Source of the DNA: Candidatus Omnitrophota bacterium
GTDB taxonomy: Bacteria; Omnitrophota; Gorgyraeia; JABMRG01; JAFGKX01
DNA: 64,000 nucleotides
Direction of reading: 5' to 3'
NCBI GenBank assembly: GCA_043797125.1
Contig: JAZDPX010000033.1
Location: forward strand, 34,527 to 98,526
A program made the position numbers and the translations under genes. This document shows positions 10,032 through 20,272 of the stretch, one piece after another; positions within the stretch are counted from its first letter, which is position 1; each line of letters starts with the position of its first letter. Below the pieces are notes generated by a model that saw nothing but the letters and a program-made list of their open reading frames with translations, was not told the origin of the DNA and did no database searches.

Positions 10032-11093
10032 CTAAAAACAAAGCTCCCTTTTTAGCAAATCATCATACCTTTTTATTATATTTTCCCACGCAAAGGCCAT
10101 GCTGGCGCCCTTGACATTTCCTTTGTTAAAATTAGAGTTTTCTATCTTATCAATAAACAGGCCTGCGTCGTTATTTTTGACCAAATACCCTGTTTTCGAT
10201 TCCAGCACAGCGTCACTGATGCCGTCAACCGCATTTACGATTGACGGCAGGCCGCAGCTGGCTGCTTCTATTGCGACTATGCCAAAACCCTCCGGGTCGT
10301 TTTTCACGTTTTGGTTTGGCATTACAAAAAGATACGCGCAGTTGTATAACAGGCTAAGCATTGCCTTATCCAGCCGGCCAAGGATATACACTCTTTTTTC
10401 CAGCCTGAGGCTTTGCACAAGCCTTGATATGTTTAATCGTTCCGGGCCGTCGCCGACAACCATATAAACATACCCGCTACTCAAGTTTCTAAAGACATGT
10501 TCTATAAACCAGGATACGCCTTTTCTTTTCACCAGTCTGCCTACCGTAAGCAATATTTTCTTATTATCTAAATCAACCCCCAGCGCAGCCTCAAGCCTGT
10601 TTAAGGCCTTGGCGGGTTCCATGCCAATCGCATATTCGGCCGGGTCCATGCCGTTAGGTATGAAGGCGCACAGGCTTTTGTTTATTCCTCTTTTTGCGCA
10701 CTCCCTCGCGGTGTTATTGCTTACGCATATTACCTTGTTAAACGTTCTTATGAGTCTGGGCACAAGCGCCTGATAAAAATAATTATCAAATGTTATATCA
10801 AGCCCGTGGACAGTAATAAAAACCGGGATGCCGAATATGCGCTTTATAAAAAACCCTATCGGGGCAAGCGCGGCATCGCACAGATACAAACAATCGTAAT
10901 CTTTTTTTGCGGCCAAAAAAACGGCCTTGGAAAAAGCGTATGGCAAAAACCAAAACAATTTCACCTGCCTTCCCCTAAGCAGGATTGTCCTTACCTTGTG
11001 ATAGCGCGAAAGATGGATTATCAGATTTTTACTATATGCCTGCATGCCGCCTATGGCCGGCGGGTACTTTCTTGATATCAACAGTATTCTCAT
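10032..11093 (-). CDS. Glycosyltransferase family 4 (PimB-like)
   Basis: YPPAIGGM, VGRLVKRKG, EGFGIVAIEA motifs. Confidence 0.92.
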   Translation of the reverse strand: MRILLISRKYPPAIGGMQAYSKNLIIHLSRYHKVRTILLRGRQVKLFWFLPYAFSKAVFLAAKKDYDCLYLCDAALAPIGFFIKRIFGIPVFITVHGLDITFDNYFYQALVPRLIRTFNKVICVSNNTARECAKRGINKSLCAFIPNGMDPAEYAIGMEPAKALNRLEAALGVDLDNKKILLTVGRLVKRKGVSWFIEHVFRNLSSGYVYMVVGDGPERLNISRLVQSLRLEKRVYILGRLDKAMLSLLYNCAYLFVMPNQNVKNDPEGFGIVAIEAASCGLPSIVNAVDGISDAVLESKTGYLVKNNDAGLFIDKIENSNFNKGNVKGASMAFAWENIIKRYDDLLKRELCF

Positions 11094-11106
11094 GATACAA
11101 CAATTT

Positions 11107-11829
11107 CTATTTTTGGCTGTTGTTTTTATCCGTTTTTTTCAGTATAAAAGCAAATTGATAGTCATATCTTAACGGAATAAACATCCATAATATTCTGCAT
11201 ACCATTCTCTTAGCAATGCCGGGAAAATTTGTTTGCTGAAACTTCATGTACCATTTATCGCGATGGATATCAATGATTTCAAAACCGTTTCTGATAAAGG
11301 CGCCCTTCCATTGTTCCAATGATAACAGATTCTCGTTTATATCCTGCTGCTCCGTGCCGTATTTGGCGAAAAGTTTCCAAAAAATAAAATTGGAATTAGG
11401 CACCATTATGCAAAACAGGGCGTTGTTTTTCGCGACCCGCTTCATTTCAAAAAGGCCCTTATCCATATCCAGAAAATGTTCCAAAGACCCCAGGCATGTA
11501 ACATAATCAAAGGTATTATCGCCGAACCTTATGTCTTCCGCCTCGCCGACAGAGATAACCGAATCAGGAGAAATGCCCTTTGCAAGCCTTACGGCCTCTT
11601 CGGAGATATCGATGCCAAAAGTCTCCAGCCCTCTTTTTGATGCCGCGCAAAGCAAAAGCCCTATGCCGCAGGCAACATCTAAAAGCCTTCTGCCTCTTTG
11701 CGACCCCAGATAATCCAAAAATACGGTATATGCTTCGTACGGCCTTTTGTTTCTTACTCCTTCGGAGGCATATTTTTTATTATACCAGCTTCTGACTTCT
11801 TGTCCGGTCGGCGGTTTACGCATTCTCAT
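11107..11829 (-). CDS. Class I SAM-dependent methyltransferase
   Basis: LLDVACGIG, GIDIS, FDYVTCLGSLEH, VPN motifs. Confidence 0.9.
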   Translation of the reverse strand: MRMRKPPTGQEVRSWYNKKYASEGVRNKRPYEAYTVFLDYLGSQRGRRLLDVACGIGLLLCAASKRGLETFGIDISEEAVRLAKGISPDSVISVGEAEDIRFGDNTFDYVTCLGSLEHFLDMDKGLFEMKRVAKNNALFCIMVPNSNFIFWKLFAKYGTEQQDINENLLSLEQWKGAFIRNGFEIIDIHRDKWYMKFQQTNFPGIAKRMVCRILWMFIPLRYDYQFAFILKKTDKNNSQK

Positions 11830-12775
11830 CTCTTATTTTCGATCCGGCCTGGGCCTTAAACTCATTAAAAAACACAAAAGTGAATATTATGCCCAAAAAC
11901 AGCACAACCAGAATGCTTATGGCCCTATCCACTATTGAGGCCAATGCGCCGTTTATGGCGGTAAATCCCATAACAGCGGATGTAATGGTTATAGCTGCCT
12001 CTTTAAAACCTAGATTTGCCGGTGTAATACTCACGAAAACAAAAAGCGAAACTATATTTGCCATAATTAATATTGCGATAAAATCGGGCCGGATACCTAT
12101 GGCCTGGTATGCAAAAAATAACCTTCCGGACAATACAAGCATGGATAAAAGGTTTAGCCCTGATAATATCAGAAGCAGGCTTTTCTGTTTCCTGAAATAA
12201 TTAAGGCCCGAAAATATTTTATTCACAGCTGCGACTTTAAAGCTTTTCCCGGCAAACCATTTCCAGGAAATCATAAAACCGCCGATAAAAATTCCGACGG
12301 AAATAAAAAATAATAATATCTTAAAATTAAAAATACCAGCAAGAAAATACCTAAGACAAATTAGCGCTATGCCGAATACCGCGTTTACCAAAAAAGAAAA
12401 AAAATAAAACCCCATATAGGCGGATAAAAAACTCAAATAGGGAAAATCATATTTGTTTTTCATGTAAAATGCTCTGGCGGTAACTCCTGCCTTTGCAGGC
12501 AATATATAATTACCTATACTGGTGAGGCAGGATAACCCGAACCATTCCTTAAAAGTCAGCCTTACGCCAAAGGCATCTGTAAGTTTTTTTGCGGAAAAGG
12601 CATTGATAATAAGATACAAAAACGTCAAAAATGTTATTGTAATTATATATGACAAAGAAATATGCGAAAGTTTATATAGCTGTTCTTTTCTTGCCATAAT
12701 AAAAGAAACAAATGCCGCAAGTATCGCAAATAATACGAGATAAGAAACCAAATAGGCCTTGTTATTCCGGCGCAT
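11816..12775 (-). CDS. Lysylphosphatidylglycerol-synthase TM / flippase-like (UPF0104) membrane protein
   Basis: About 8 TM helices, NYILPAKAG, SITPANLGFKEA, DR motif. Confidence 0.8.
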   Translation of the reverse strand: MRRNNKAYLVSYLVLFAILAAFVSFIMARKEQLYKLSHISLSYIITITFLTFLYLIINAFSAKKLTDAFGVRLTFKEWFGLSCLTSIGNYILPAKAGVTARAFYMKNKYDFPYLSFLSAYMGFYFFSFLVNAVFGIALICLRYFLAGIFNFKILLFFISVGIFIGGFMISWKWFAGKSFKVAAVNKIFSGLNYFRKQKSLLLILSGLNLLSMLVLSGRLFFAYQAIGIRPDFIAILIMANIVSLFVFVSITPANLGFKEAAITITSAVMGFTAINGALASIVDRAISILVVLFLGIIFTFVFFNEFKAQAGSKIRDENA

Positions 12776-14333
12776 ATATAGACCGCCTGATTGATATGAC
12801 GCTTATAACCAGAATAACTGCCAAAATTACCATTGCCGATATCACTGCAGATAAAAGCCCCGGGGAAACCGCAGGGACATTCACCCACCATACATCCCAA
12901 ATATCATAATTTTTCATAGACGCGATTACCGGCTTTACAAACCAATAATCTGGGTTATATTCAAAATTCAGAGCCGGATACCCGAATACCCTGCCAACGG
13001 CAGAGGTAAATAAATACCAGCTCCCTCTTATCGGGCTTAATTCGGGTATAAAGTTTATAAAATATTCCTGCAGGCTTAATCCTTCTTTGACAAAAAGCAG
13101 GTATCTGCTAAAACTTATAAACAGGCACGGCAGCTGGACTAAAAACCCCAATGCGGAAAACAGAATCAACATAAGCTTCCTGATAATCGCCCTTGATTGT
13201 TGTATAAATTCTGCTAAAAATATGCACATAAAAGGAATTGTGGGGTATAGATAGCGCGGCCCCCATGAGAATATTGAACCTCTGAGAAATATGTATGCGT
13301 AAAATAAAAAATTTATGATTATAAACGCGAGAATATATAGGGTAAACTTCTTATCTTGTTTTAGCAGGCCCCTTATCCCGAAAAATGCCAGTATCAAGGG
13401 GGCGTTGTAGTAAAAGTACCCTTTCCCCGCGCTCAGCAGATAATAAAACAACCCTTTAAAAAAATTAGGGCCGAATATCAACCCTTTTTGCGTAAATACG
13501 GTTTCTATGCCTGCGCCGGGGTCAACTGCATTGCTTCTTTTCATAAAATAAATAAATAGCGACAGAATAAAACAGCAAGAGACCGGAATAATAACGGCAA
13601 GCCAAAGCTTGACAGCGTGCCTGGCTGATTTAAAATCCGCGCCCTTGTATACTAAATAGAAAAAAATCAGAAAAAGGTATAAAAAGGAATTCATCTTTAT
13701 GAGCAGGCTGTATCCTATCAATGCGCTGCTTAATAACGCGTAACGCGCAAGGGATTCTGATTCATATTTATGCAAAAATAAAAAAGCCGACAGCACAAAA
13801 AGTGTAACCGCAGGCTCTGAAAACCCCGAACGCGTATAGACAAGACTCATTGTGCAGAAGCTATAGCATAAAACCGTTATAACCTTGGTTTTTTTATCAT
13901 AACCAAGCCTTCCTAAAAGCATAAAAAGAATTAACGCTGTTAGCGCGCCGATTGCTGGATTTGCCAGCGAAACACAAAACTGGGTTATGTAATCATGGCC
14001 AATGCCGGAAAACGCCTTGGATATAATATGGCCCAACGCGTAAAGCGGCACAAGCAAAATAGGCATCCCGATGCCATAGGATGAATACCTGTTGCCTGCT
14101 GCGCCGGGTTTTTTACCTGCCTCATATTTCATCTCCTTTATGCCAAAAGGCCTGTCATAAATACTAATATCGCCGTCTAAAACTATGCTTTCGGCTGTAA
14201 GATAATTCTCCAACCCGTCGCCGCCATAATGTCCGTTTGAGAAAAACACAAAAAATGAGAAGAGAAAAATAAAAATATGCATATGCAGTAAAAATTTTCT
14301 TTTTCTTTGCAAAGAAAACAATCCCGGCATCAT
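12762..14333 (-). CDS. Polytopic GT-C-like glycosyltransferase
   Basis: D-containing loop after TM1, FSEP, SWGPRYL, many TMs. Start at 14333 by TGATG coupling. Confidence 0.7.
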   Translation of the reverse strand: MMPGLFSLQRKRKFLLHMHIFIFLFSFFVFFSNGHYGGDGLENYLTAESIVLDGDISIYDRPFGIKEMKYEAGKKPGAAGNRYSSYGIGMPILLVPLYALGHIISKAFSGIGHDYITQFCVSLANPAIGALTALILFMLLGRLGYDKKTKVITVLCYSFCTMSLVYTRSGFSEPAVTLFVLSAFLFLHKYESESLARYALLSSALIGYSLLIKMNSFLYLFLIFFYLVYKGADFKSARHAVKLWLAVIIPVSCCFILSLFIYFMKRSNAVDPGAGIETVFTQKGLIFGPNFFKGLFYYLLSAGKGYFYYNAPLILAFFGIRGLLKQDKKFTLYILAFIIINFLFYAYIFLRGSIFSWGPRYLYPTIPFMCIFLAEFIQQSRAIIRKLMLILFSALGFLVQLPCLFISFSRYLLFVKEGLSLQEYFINFIPELSPIRGSWYLFTSAVGRVFGYPALNFEYNPDYWFVKPVIASMKNYDIWDVWWVNVPAVSPGLLSAVISAMVILAVILVISVISIRRSIYAPE

Positions 14334-15019
14334 CAATCCCTTTCTATTTCGTCCTTGTGCGCCTTGTAATAACGCGCAAAAGTAATGTAGGGCTTTATCC
14401 AGCTTAAAGCGCCTGCAATAGCTAAAAACACTAACCCTGCATACAATTTGTTTATTAGCACGAAAAATGTTATAACCCAGTACAACGATATCTCCCATCC
14501 TATATAAATGCCCTTTTTTATCTTTGCTTCAAATGACGGCCCTTTAATAAATTGCTCTTTCGTGTATAATGCAAATGAAGCCAGAAAGCAATGCCCAAGC
14601 GCCGTAAACCCCCATATAAATACTGCGGCGTTATTCTCAACTATATAGGCCCTGTAAGATAGGGATAGGAATATAAAAATAATTTTAATGATGTCAACGA
14701 ATGAATCAAACCACCTGCCGAATTTAGACGAAAGCCCTTTATACCTTGCGTATTGGCCGTCAAGCGTATCAAAAACATATCCTAAGTGCAGAAACAACAA
14801 GCCGAAAATTATGTACGGATAGGCAAAAAACGCAAAAAAACCGCTCCCTATTATTACGATAAACAAAGAGAGTAAGCTTATCTGATTCGCAGTTATGTTT
14901 AAGTGTTTGAAAAATCTATTAAGCAGAAAATTGGAAATAGGCCGGTAGATTAACATGCTAAACAGCTCCTTATGCCCTGCATCCTTTTCTTTATAAGTAA
15001 AATTTTTTGTTTCAGCCAT
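14333..15019 (-). CDS. CDP-alcohol phosphotransferase family protein
   Basis: ITANQIS and the full signature DTLDGQYAR..G-RWF-D-SFV-D. Confidence 0.9.
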   Translation of the reverse strand: MAETKNFTYKEKDAGHKELFSMLIYRPISNFLLNRFFKHLNITANQISLLSLFIVIIGSGFFAFFAYPYIIFGLLFLHLGYVFDTLDGQYARYKGLSSKFGRWFDSFVDIIKIIFIFLSLSYRAYIVENNAAVFIWGFTALGHCFLASFALYTKEQFIKGPSFEAKIKKGIYIGWEISLYWVITFFVLINKLYAGLVFLAIAGALSWIKPYITFARYYKAHKDEIERD

Positions 15020-15047
15020 ATTTATCTCCTACATGTATATTAAGGCA

Positions 15048-15803
15048 TCAATCTTTTCGTAACAGCCATATATATGTCGGGCATAGCCAATACGCGTATT
15101 TCACTATCAATATGGCCAGCCTTTGCTTGAACGACTCAGGCGCAATCATCTCTGTAGCGCAATATTTTTGTGGATCTATAATAATTTTCAATGTATAGTC
15201 TGAAACATTAAATTGAGAGACTAGATTCCTCAGGCCATGTAATGTTAAGTGGTTTTCATAATAGAAGTTCCCTTTTTTTAGTGCCCGCAGATAAAGGTGC
15301 GCTAATGCCTTCGGCATAATTGATAGCAGCGGCAATTTATAGTGCATCTCGATAAATTTTAAACGGTTGGCGGCGGCAAAATAGCAAACACCCTCTGGCT
15401 TAAGCACTCTATATATTTCAGACATAAGTTTAATTGCATCCGGAACATGTTCATACACATGAGCGCAAATAACAATATCAAATGACGCATCTGCAAAGTT
15501 CAGGTTCATCCCGTCGCTAACGCTAAACGCCAAATTATCAGAAGCGCAGTTTTGCCGCGCATGCTTTATTGCCTGCTCGTCTATATCTATTCCTGCAACC
15601 CTGGCAAATTTATCGCTAAGCGCCTTCGATATAATTCCTGCGGAACAGCCTATATCTAAAAGGCTTAATCTTTCAAGGCCTTCGGAATAATAGTCATCGA
15701 GCACAGCAAACATCTTCCTGGCTTTTTGCTGGCGTTTCTGTGTATTATATACTGCGCAGGAATGAGTTTGTGAAAATCCATATTGGTAATTATTGTTTTT
15801 CAT
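15048..15803 (-). CDS. Class I SAM-dependent methyltransferase
   Basis: LLDIGCSAG, GIDID, FDIVICAHVYEH, RVLKPEG motifs. Confidence 0.9.
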   Translation of the reverse strand: MKNNNYQYGFSQTHSCAVYNTQKRQQKARKMFAVLDDYYSEGLERLSLLDIGCSAGIISKALSDKFARVAGIDIDEQAIKHARQNCASDNLAFSVSDGMNLNFADASFDIVICAHVYEHVPDAIKLMSEIYRVLKPEGVCYFAAANRLKFIEMHYKLPLLSIMPKALAHLYLRALKKGNFYYENHLTLHGLRNLVSQFNVSDYTLKIIIDPQKYCATEMIAPESFKQRLAILIVKYAYWLCPTYIWLLRKD

Positions 15804-16738
15804 TTCAAATTCTGCTTCTTCAACCTGTACAATACTTCCTCATTCAGCCTTCTATTAGCAGATATAATATCTCCCAAAAAACCTAACAACATTGTTCCAA
15901 AGCCCATAATAACTAAAATAGCGGCAATAACTAAAGACTGCATATGGCCGCTGCGTCCGACTGTAAAATAAAAATAGAGAAACCTTAGAATAAGTAAAAG
16001 GCCACCGCAGGCAAAGACAGAGCCAACACAAAAAAATGTTTTCAATGGTTCATACATAAGATAAATACGCAATATCGTACTCATCGATCTAACGATATAA
16101 GACGATATGCTCTTTATGAGCCTTGACTCCCTAAGCTTGCTGTTTGTTCTTATATCGACGTGCGATATCGGGATATCCTGCCTTCCTATCTGAATTATGG
16201 ACTCCAATGTGTATGTATACGAAGAAAAGATATTCAGCCTTAGCGCGGCGTCTCTCGAATATGCCCTGAAGCCGCTTGTCGTATCAGGTATATTCGTCCC
16301 TGAGAACTTACGAACCATATAACTTCCGAGCCTCTGCAGCAGTTTTTTCGCAAAAGAAAAGTGTTTTATGGCCTTAATATCCCTGCAGCCAATCACTACC
16401 TCTGCCTTTTTTTCCAACACCGGCCTTACCAGTTTTTCTATGTCCCGGCCGCAGTACTGGTTATCTGCGTCGGTATTAACTATAATATCAGCCCCAAGCT
16501 CCAAAGATTTTTCTATGCCTTTTTTAAACGCCTCTGCCAGGCCCTTCCTTTGAGGCAGGCAAAGGATATGTGTTACCTCGTTCGCCTTAGCTATCGAAGA
16601 GGTTTTATCTATGCTGCCATCATCTATAACCAAAGTTTCAATGCTGTCTATGCCTTCTATTTTTTTAGGCAAATCTTTTAAGGTTATAGGAAGGGTTTGC
16701 GCTTCGTTATAGCAGGGTATCTGGATAATAAGCTTCAT
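15800..16738 (-). CDS. Glycosyltransferase family 2 with C-terminal TM helices (polyprenol-phosphate glycosyltransferase-like)
   Basis: QIPCYNE, DDGS, NTDADNQY, DTTSGFRAY, two C-terminal TMs. Confidence 0.9.
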   Translation of the reverse strand: MKLIIQIPCYNEAQTLPITLKDLPKKIEGIDSIETLVIDDGSIDKTSSIAKANEVTHILCLPQRKGLAEAFKKGIEKSLELGADIIVNTDADNQYCGRDIEKLVRPVLEKKAEVVIGCRDIKAIKHFSFAKKLLQRLGSYMVRKFSGTNIPDTTSGFRAYSRDAALRLNIFSSYTYTLESIIQIGRQDIPISHVDIRTNSKLRESRLIKSISSYIVRSMSTILRIYLMYEPLKTFFCVGSVFACGGLLLILRFLYFYFTVGRSGHMQSLVIAAILVIMGFGTMLLGFLGDIISANRRLNEEVLYRLKKQNLK

Positions 16739-16762
16739 ATCATCTGCTCCTTTTTTGGCGCA

Positions 16763-17503
16763 TCAATCTAACTCTTTTTTAGCGACTATATATGACAACT
16801 TGCATATCCACACAACCGGCATCGCTATGCCGTAAAAAATAACTACCGCAAACACAACACCGCATCGGCAAAATAATTCTGTTATGGTTGCTAATGTTAT
16901 TATATTCATAACGGGCGGAAAAGTGCACAATTTATGCAGCGCAGAAAATAATTTTCGCGCTAAAGAAGGATTTTTTGCCGTGAGCTTATCTGTGTCAAGC
17001 GGCAGATCCCTTTTCCCCGCGAAATATAAAACAGAGTTCCTTAAATCCACCAATAAAATCAAAAGCATAGACGATATCGCGGCTGACGAAGAAAACAAAA
17101 AAACATAACCTATTGCATATTTTCGCCATAAACCGTAACCGATGCCGATAAAAACAAGCGGGTGGATAATATAATGACATATGTTGTCATAGTAAATTCC
17201 TGTAACGGTCGAGGTATTCCTGTAGCGGGCTATCTCACCGTCAACATGGTCTAATATATACCAAAGCTGTAAAAACAGCGCTGCGGTGAACGCGCCTATT
17301 TTTGAACCTTCTGTGAAAAATACGCAGGCTACTATACCTGTAAGCAAAAATATAGATGTCGCGGTATTCGGCGTTAAGTTCATCGCTAAAAATACCCGCG
17401 TTATGTATATAGAAAACCTGCGGGCAACAAATTTACCATACCAGACATCATACTGCTCTCTGGGTTTTTGGCATATGGTTCTAAGCTGGCTGATACTTTC
17501 CAT
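16763..17503 (-). CDS. CDP-alcohol phosphotransferase family protein (variant motif)
   Basis: LTPN, DHVDGEIAR..G-IYY-D-NIC-H. Start MESIS is coupled to the ppd stop (TAATG). Confidence 0.85.
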   Translation of the reverse strand: MESISQLRTICQKPREQYDVWYGKFVARRFSIYITRVFLAMNLTPNTATSIFLLTGIVACVFFTEGSKIGAFTAALFLQLWYILDHVDGEIARYRNTSTVTGIYYDNICHYIIHPLVFIGIGYGLWRKYAIGYVFLFSSSAAISSMLLILLVDLRNSVLYFAGKRDLPLDTDKLTAKNPSLARKLFSALHKLCTFPPVMNIITLATITELFCRCGVVFAVVIFYGIAMPVVWICKLSYIVAKKELD

Positions 17504-18645
17504 TATAGCAGCTTCTCCCTGTGCGTTTTTTTGGCGCTTAACCTCATAAACTTTTCTTTTATGGCTTTGCATGTATACTTTTCCGAAATTCTTGGCCTTT
17601 TCTTGTTTTCATTATTAATCAATATATGCACAAAGGCCGCGCCGCGCTTCTTAAGCAAGCCCGGAAAAGCGCTGCGCAACTTGTCCTCTTGCGCAAAACT
17701 ATAAATATTTTTATAACCGGTGGCTTGCGCTATTTTGCAAAAATCGATATTTTGTGAAAGCGCAGGCTGGCCTCCTGTTGACGCGTAAGTACCGTTATCC
17801 AGCACAACATGCATCAGGCTTTTGGATTTCTTATCAGCGACAGACGCCATAGAGCCCAAATGCATCAGGCAGCCTCCGTCTCCGTCTAAAACAATTACCC
17901 TCTTGTCATTATTAACATGCCTTGCTATTCCCAAACCGATTGAATGGGCATGCCCCATAGACCCAAGCATATAAAATGCAGGGTTAAAATCCTCTATGCC
18001 TTTTTTGCTAAGGTTATAAAATGCCTCCCTGCTTATATACCCGTTTGTTGTGACAAAATACGCTTTGTTGTGCCCTGCGCTCATAATAATGTCTATTGCC
18101 TCACTTAGCGGCATTGAATACTTGGATTTTAAAGCAAACTCGCTTTCTTCTTTATCTATTATACCTTTTTTTAAAATTAAGGCTGCCGGTTTATTTGTCT
18201 TCTTTGCCAGCCTGACTATATATTTTACTTCATTTCTGAAATTGTTTTTTGTTAATACAGCGTACGGCACATTCAATGTCTTTAGCATTGTTTTTATCTT
18301 CTTGCCTGTTATATCGTGTTCCGGGGCGTCTTTTGTCCCCGGCTCGCCCCTCCACGAAACTACCAATAAAGCCGGTATATCATATATCTGATTCAAAGAT
18401 GTAAGGCTGTTTATGGTATTACATAACCCTGAATTCTGCATGAGTAAAACAGGCACCTTTTTTGTAATAAGGAAACTGCCGGCTGCCAGACCCATTGCTG
18501 AAGCCTCGCTTACCGGATTTAACACTTCGCAGGCTTTATCCCGCGTAAGCCCGGATATTAACGGCGCCAATATGGAACACGGCACTTCTATATAGGGGCT
18601 GAGGTTATTTTTTTTGAATTCTCTTATTAATTGGTCTGCTTTCAT
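17503..18645 (-). CDS. aepY: Phosphonopyruvate decarboxylase
   Basis: VPCS, MQNSGL, WRGEPG.KDAPEH, GSMGH and TPP motif DGDGG..N; directly downstream of PEP mutase. Confidence 0.92.
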   Translation of the reverse strand: MKADQLIREFKKNNLSPYIEVPCSILAPLISGLTRDKACEVLNPVSEASAMGLAAGSFLITKKVPVLLMQNSGLCNTINSLTSLNQIYDIPALLVVSWRGEPGTKDAPEHDITGKKIKTMLKTLNVPYAVLTKNNFRNEVKYIVRLAKKTNKPAALILKKGIIDKEESEFALKSKYSMPLSEAIDIIMSAGHNKAYFVTTNGYISREAFYNLSKKGIEDFNPAFYMLGSMGHAHSIGLGIARHVNNDKRVIVLDGDGGCLMHLGSMASVADKKSKSLMHVVLDNGTYASTGGQPALSQNIDFCKIAQATGYKNIYSFAQEDKLRSAFPGLLKKRGAAFVHILINNENKKRPRISEKYTCKAIKEKFMRLSAKKTHREKLL

Positions 18646-20270
18646 CAACTCACCGAAGAGGAAAATATAGCGCACGCCTTTTTATAATCATCGAAGTTGT
18701 GTATTTCCATCCAACCGCTCGTTACCTCATATGCAAGGACCTCATATTTTTTATTGATCAAATGCCCGATTAACTCGGCAAACGAAGCTGTCTGCATAGG
18801 CCTTGACTTCTTATACTCGTCTACCAGCGCCTTCATTCCCTTTTTTGAAAGCATGGCAAGCCCTATAAACTCAAAGTGCGCCTCCTTCTCCGAAATATCA
18901 TTACCGATATTTCGTATAGGATTTTTTCTATTTAAATCCATTGTTCTTAAATTATCAAGGTGCGCTGTTTTAGCGACCACAAGCTCAAGCTGCTTGTTGC
19001 GGATGTGGGTTTTTTTGTATGTACTGTCAACTACCAGTATTATATCATCGTCCTTTTTAAGCAGCCTTTGCAAAAGGTACTGGTCTACAAGTATGTCGGA
19101 ATATAAAATCAAATTCTTGTCGGCAATCTTATCTATGCCTTTCATTATTGAATACATTATGCCCTTACTTCTATAGCTTTTGTTTTCTATGATCCCGGCG
19201 CCTTCAAGCTTTACGTTGGAGCTTTTATATCCCACGACTACGCTTATATCCTGCACCCCTGCGGTATTCAACGTTTCTACGTTCCTTTGCAGCAGCGATT
19301 TTCCGTTTATGTCCAACATCCCTACAGGCCTATCCTCAAGAAGAGGTTTAAGAGAGTTATCCATTTTTGGCCCAGCTGCCGGTATTATGGCTTTAATGCT
19401 TCCTGTATTTGTTTTTAAATACTTTCTTTCATTGCTTTTCATAATATGCATACCTTGCAGCCTGAAGACCTCATCCATTGAAACGATTTTTGAATCAATA
19501 CCTGAAATCCCGTTATCTTTTATATATTTAAGGGCCTGTTTTATGCACTTAATGCCGGCCCTCATTCCGTGGTTGGCATATATTACTACGCTTGCTCCAA
19601 GGTCTCTCATTTGCTTTTCGCTTAAGTCATACATGGTTGGGCATAAAACAAGAGGAGCTCTTTTCTTCCATGCCTTGCAGAAATTGATTATCTCATCCGG
19701 CGTTTTCGATTTTGAATGTATAAATATTCCGTCTGCTCCAGCCTCTATATAAGCCTGCGCCCTTTTTAAAGCCTCGTCCTGGCCCCATCCAGCTATCAGC
19801 GCCTCTACCCTGGCAAATACCATGAAATCATCCGTTGTTTGAGAGTTTTTTGCCGCCATTATCTTGCCGACAAATTCCGCGATAGGCGCAAGTTCCTGCC
19901 TGCCGGGAATAAAACTGTTAACTTTCGGAAATTGTTTATCTTCTATGCAGACAGCGCTAACGCCTGCTGATTCAAATTTTCTTATCATATGCATAACGTT
20001 GTTTGAATTACCAAAACCCGTATCGCAATCCACCATAATAGGTATGGAGGTTGCATTAACCATGCTTTCCGTAGCATACAGCAAATCGCTCATTGTCAAA
20101 ATATTTGCGTCAGGAACAGCATGCGAAGTGGCTATTTCAAAGCCCGACGCCCACACCCCGTCAAAACCTGCCTCCTGGACCAGTTTTGCGGTTAAGCCAT
20201 TGTGCGCCCCTACTATCTTTATAAGCTTTCCTTTGCGAATAAGGTTTTTAAAACTGATTCTTTCTCTCAT
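18645..20270 (-). CDS. aepX: Phosphoenolpyruvate mutase fused to a C-terminal nucleotidyltransferase domain
   Basis: PepM catalytic motif EDKQFPKVNS (EDKx5NS), WASG, DCDTG; C-terminal half resembles LicC/PntC (IIPAAG, YSD, WMEI). Confidence 0.95.
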   Translation of the reverse strand: MRERISFKNLIRKGKLIKIVGAHNGLTAKLVQEAGFDGVWASGFEIATSHAVPDANILTMSDLLYATESMVNATSIPIMVDCDTGFGNSNNVMHMIRKFESAGVSAVCIEDKQFPKVNSFIPGRQELAPIAEFVGKIMAAKNSQTTDDFMVFARVEALIAGWGQDEALKRAQAYIEAGADGIFIHSKSKTPDEIINFCKAWKKRAPLVLCPTMYDLSEKQMRDLGASVVIYANHGMRAGIKCIKQALKYIKDNGISGIDSKIVSMDEVFRLQGMHIMKSNERKYLKTNTGSIKAIIPAAGPKMDNSLKPLLEDRPVGMLDINGKSLLQRNVETLNTAGVQDISVVVGYKSSNVKLEGAGIIENKSYRSKGIMYSIMKGIDKIADKNLILYSDILVDQYLLQRLLKKDDDIILVVDSTYKKTHIRNKQLELVVAKTAHLDNLRTMDLNRKNPIRNIGNDISEKEAHFEFIGLAMLSKKGMKALVDEYKKSRPMQTASFAELIGHLINKKYEVLAYEVTSGWMEIHNFDDYKKACAIFSSSVS

Positions 20271-20272
20271 TT

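Noticed and set aside
12762-14498. Long N-terminal extensions in the ORF track (14498, also 2855, 8426, 17572, 18675, 20303, 27400, 34319, 35331, 54539)
   Set aside because: They overlap upstream genes or non-coding hairpins; internal ATGs with RBS or stop-start coupling give more plausible starts.
17503-18645. Sulfopyruvate decarboxylase (ComDE) assignment
   Set aside because: Direct coupling to a PepM with an intact EDKx5NS motif favours phosphonopyruvate decarboxylase.
18645-20270. Isocitrate lyase or methylisocitrate lyase assignment
   Set aside because: It has EDKQFPKVNS rather than the KKCGH/KRCGH lyase motif.
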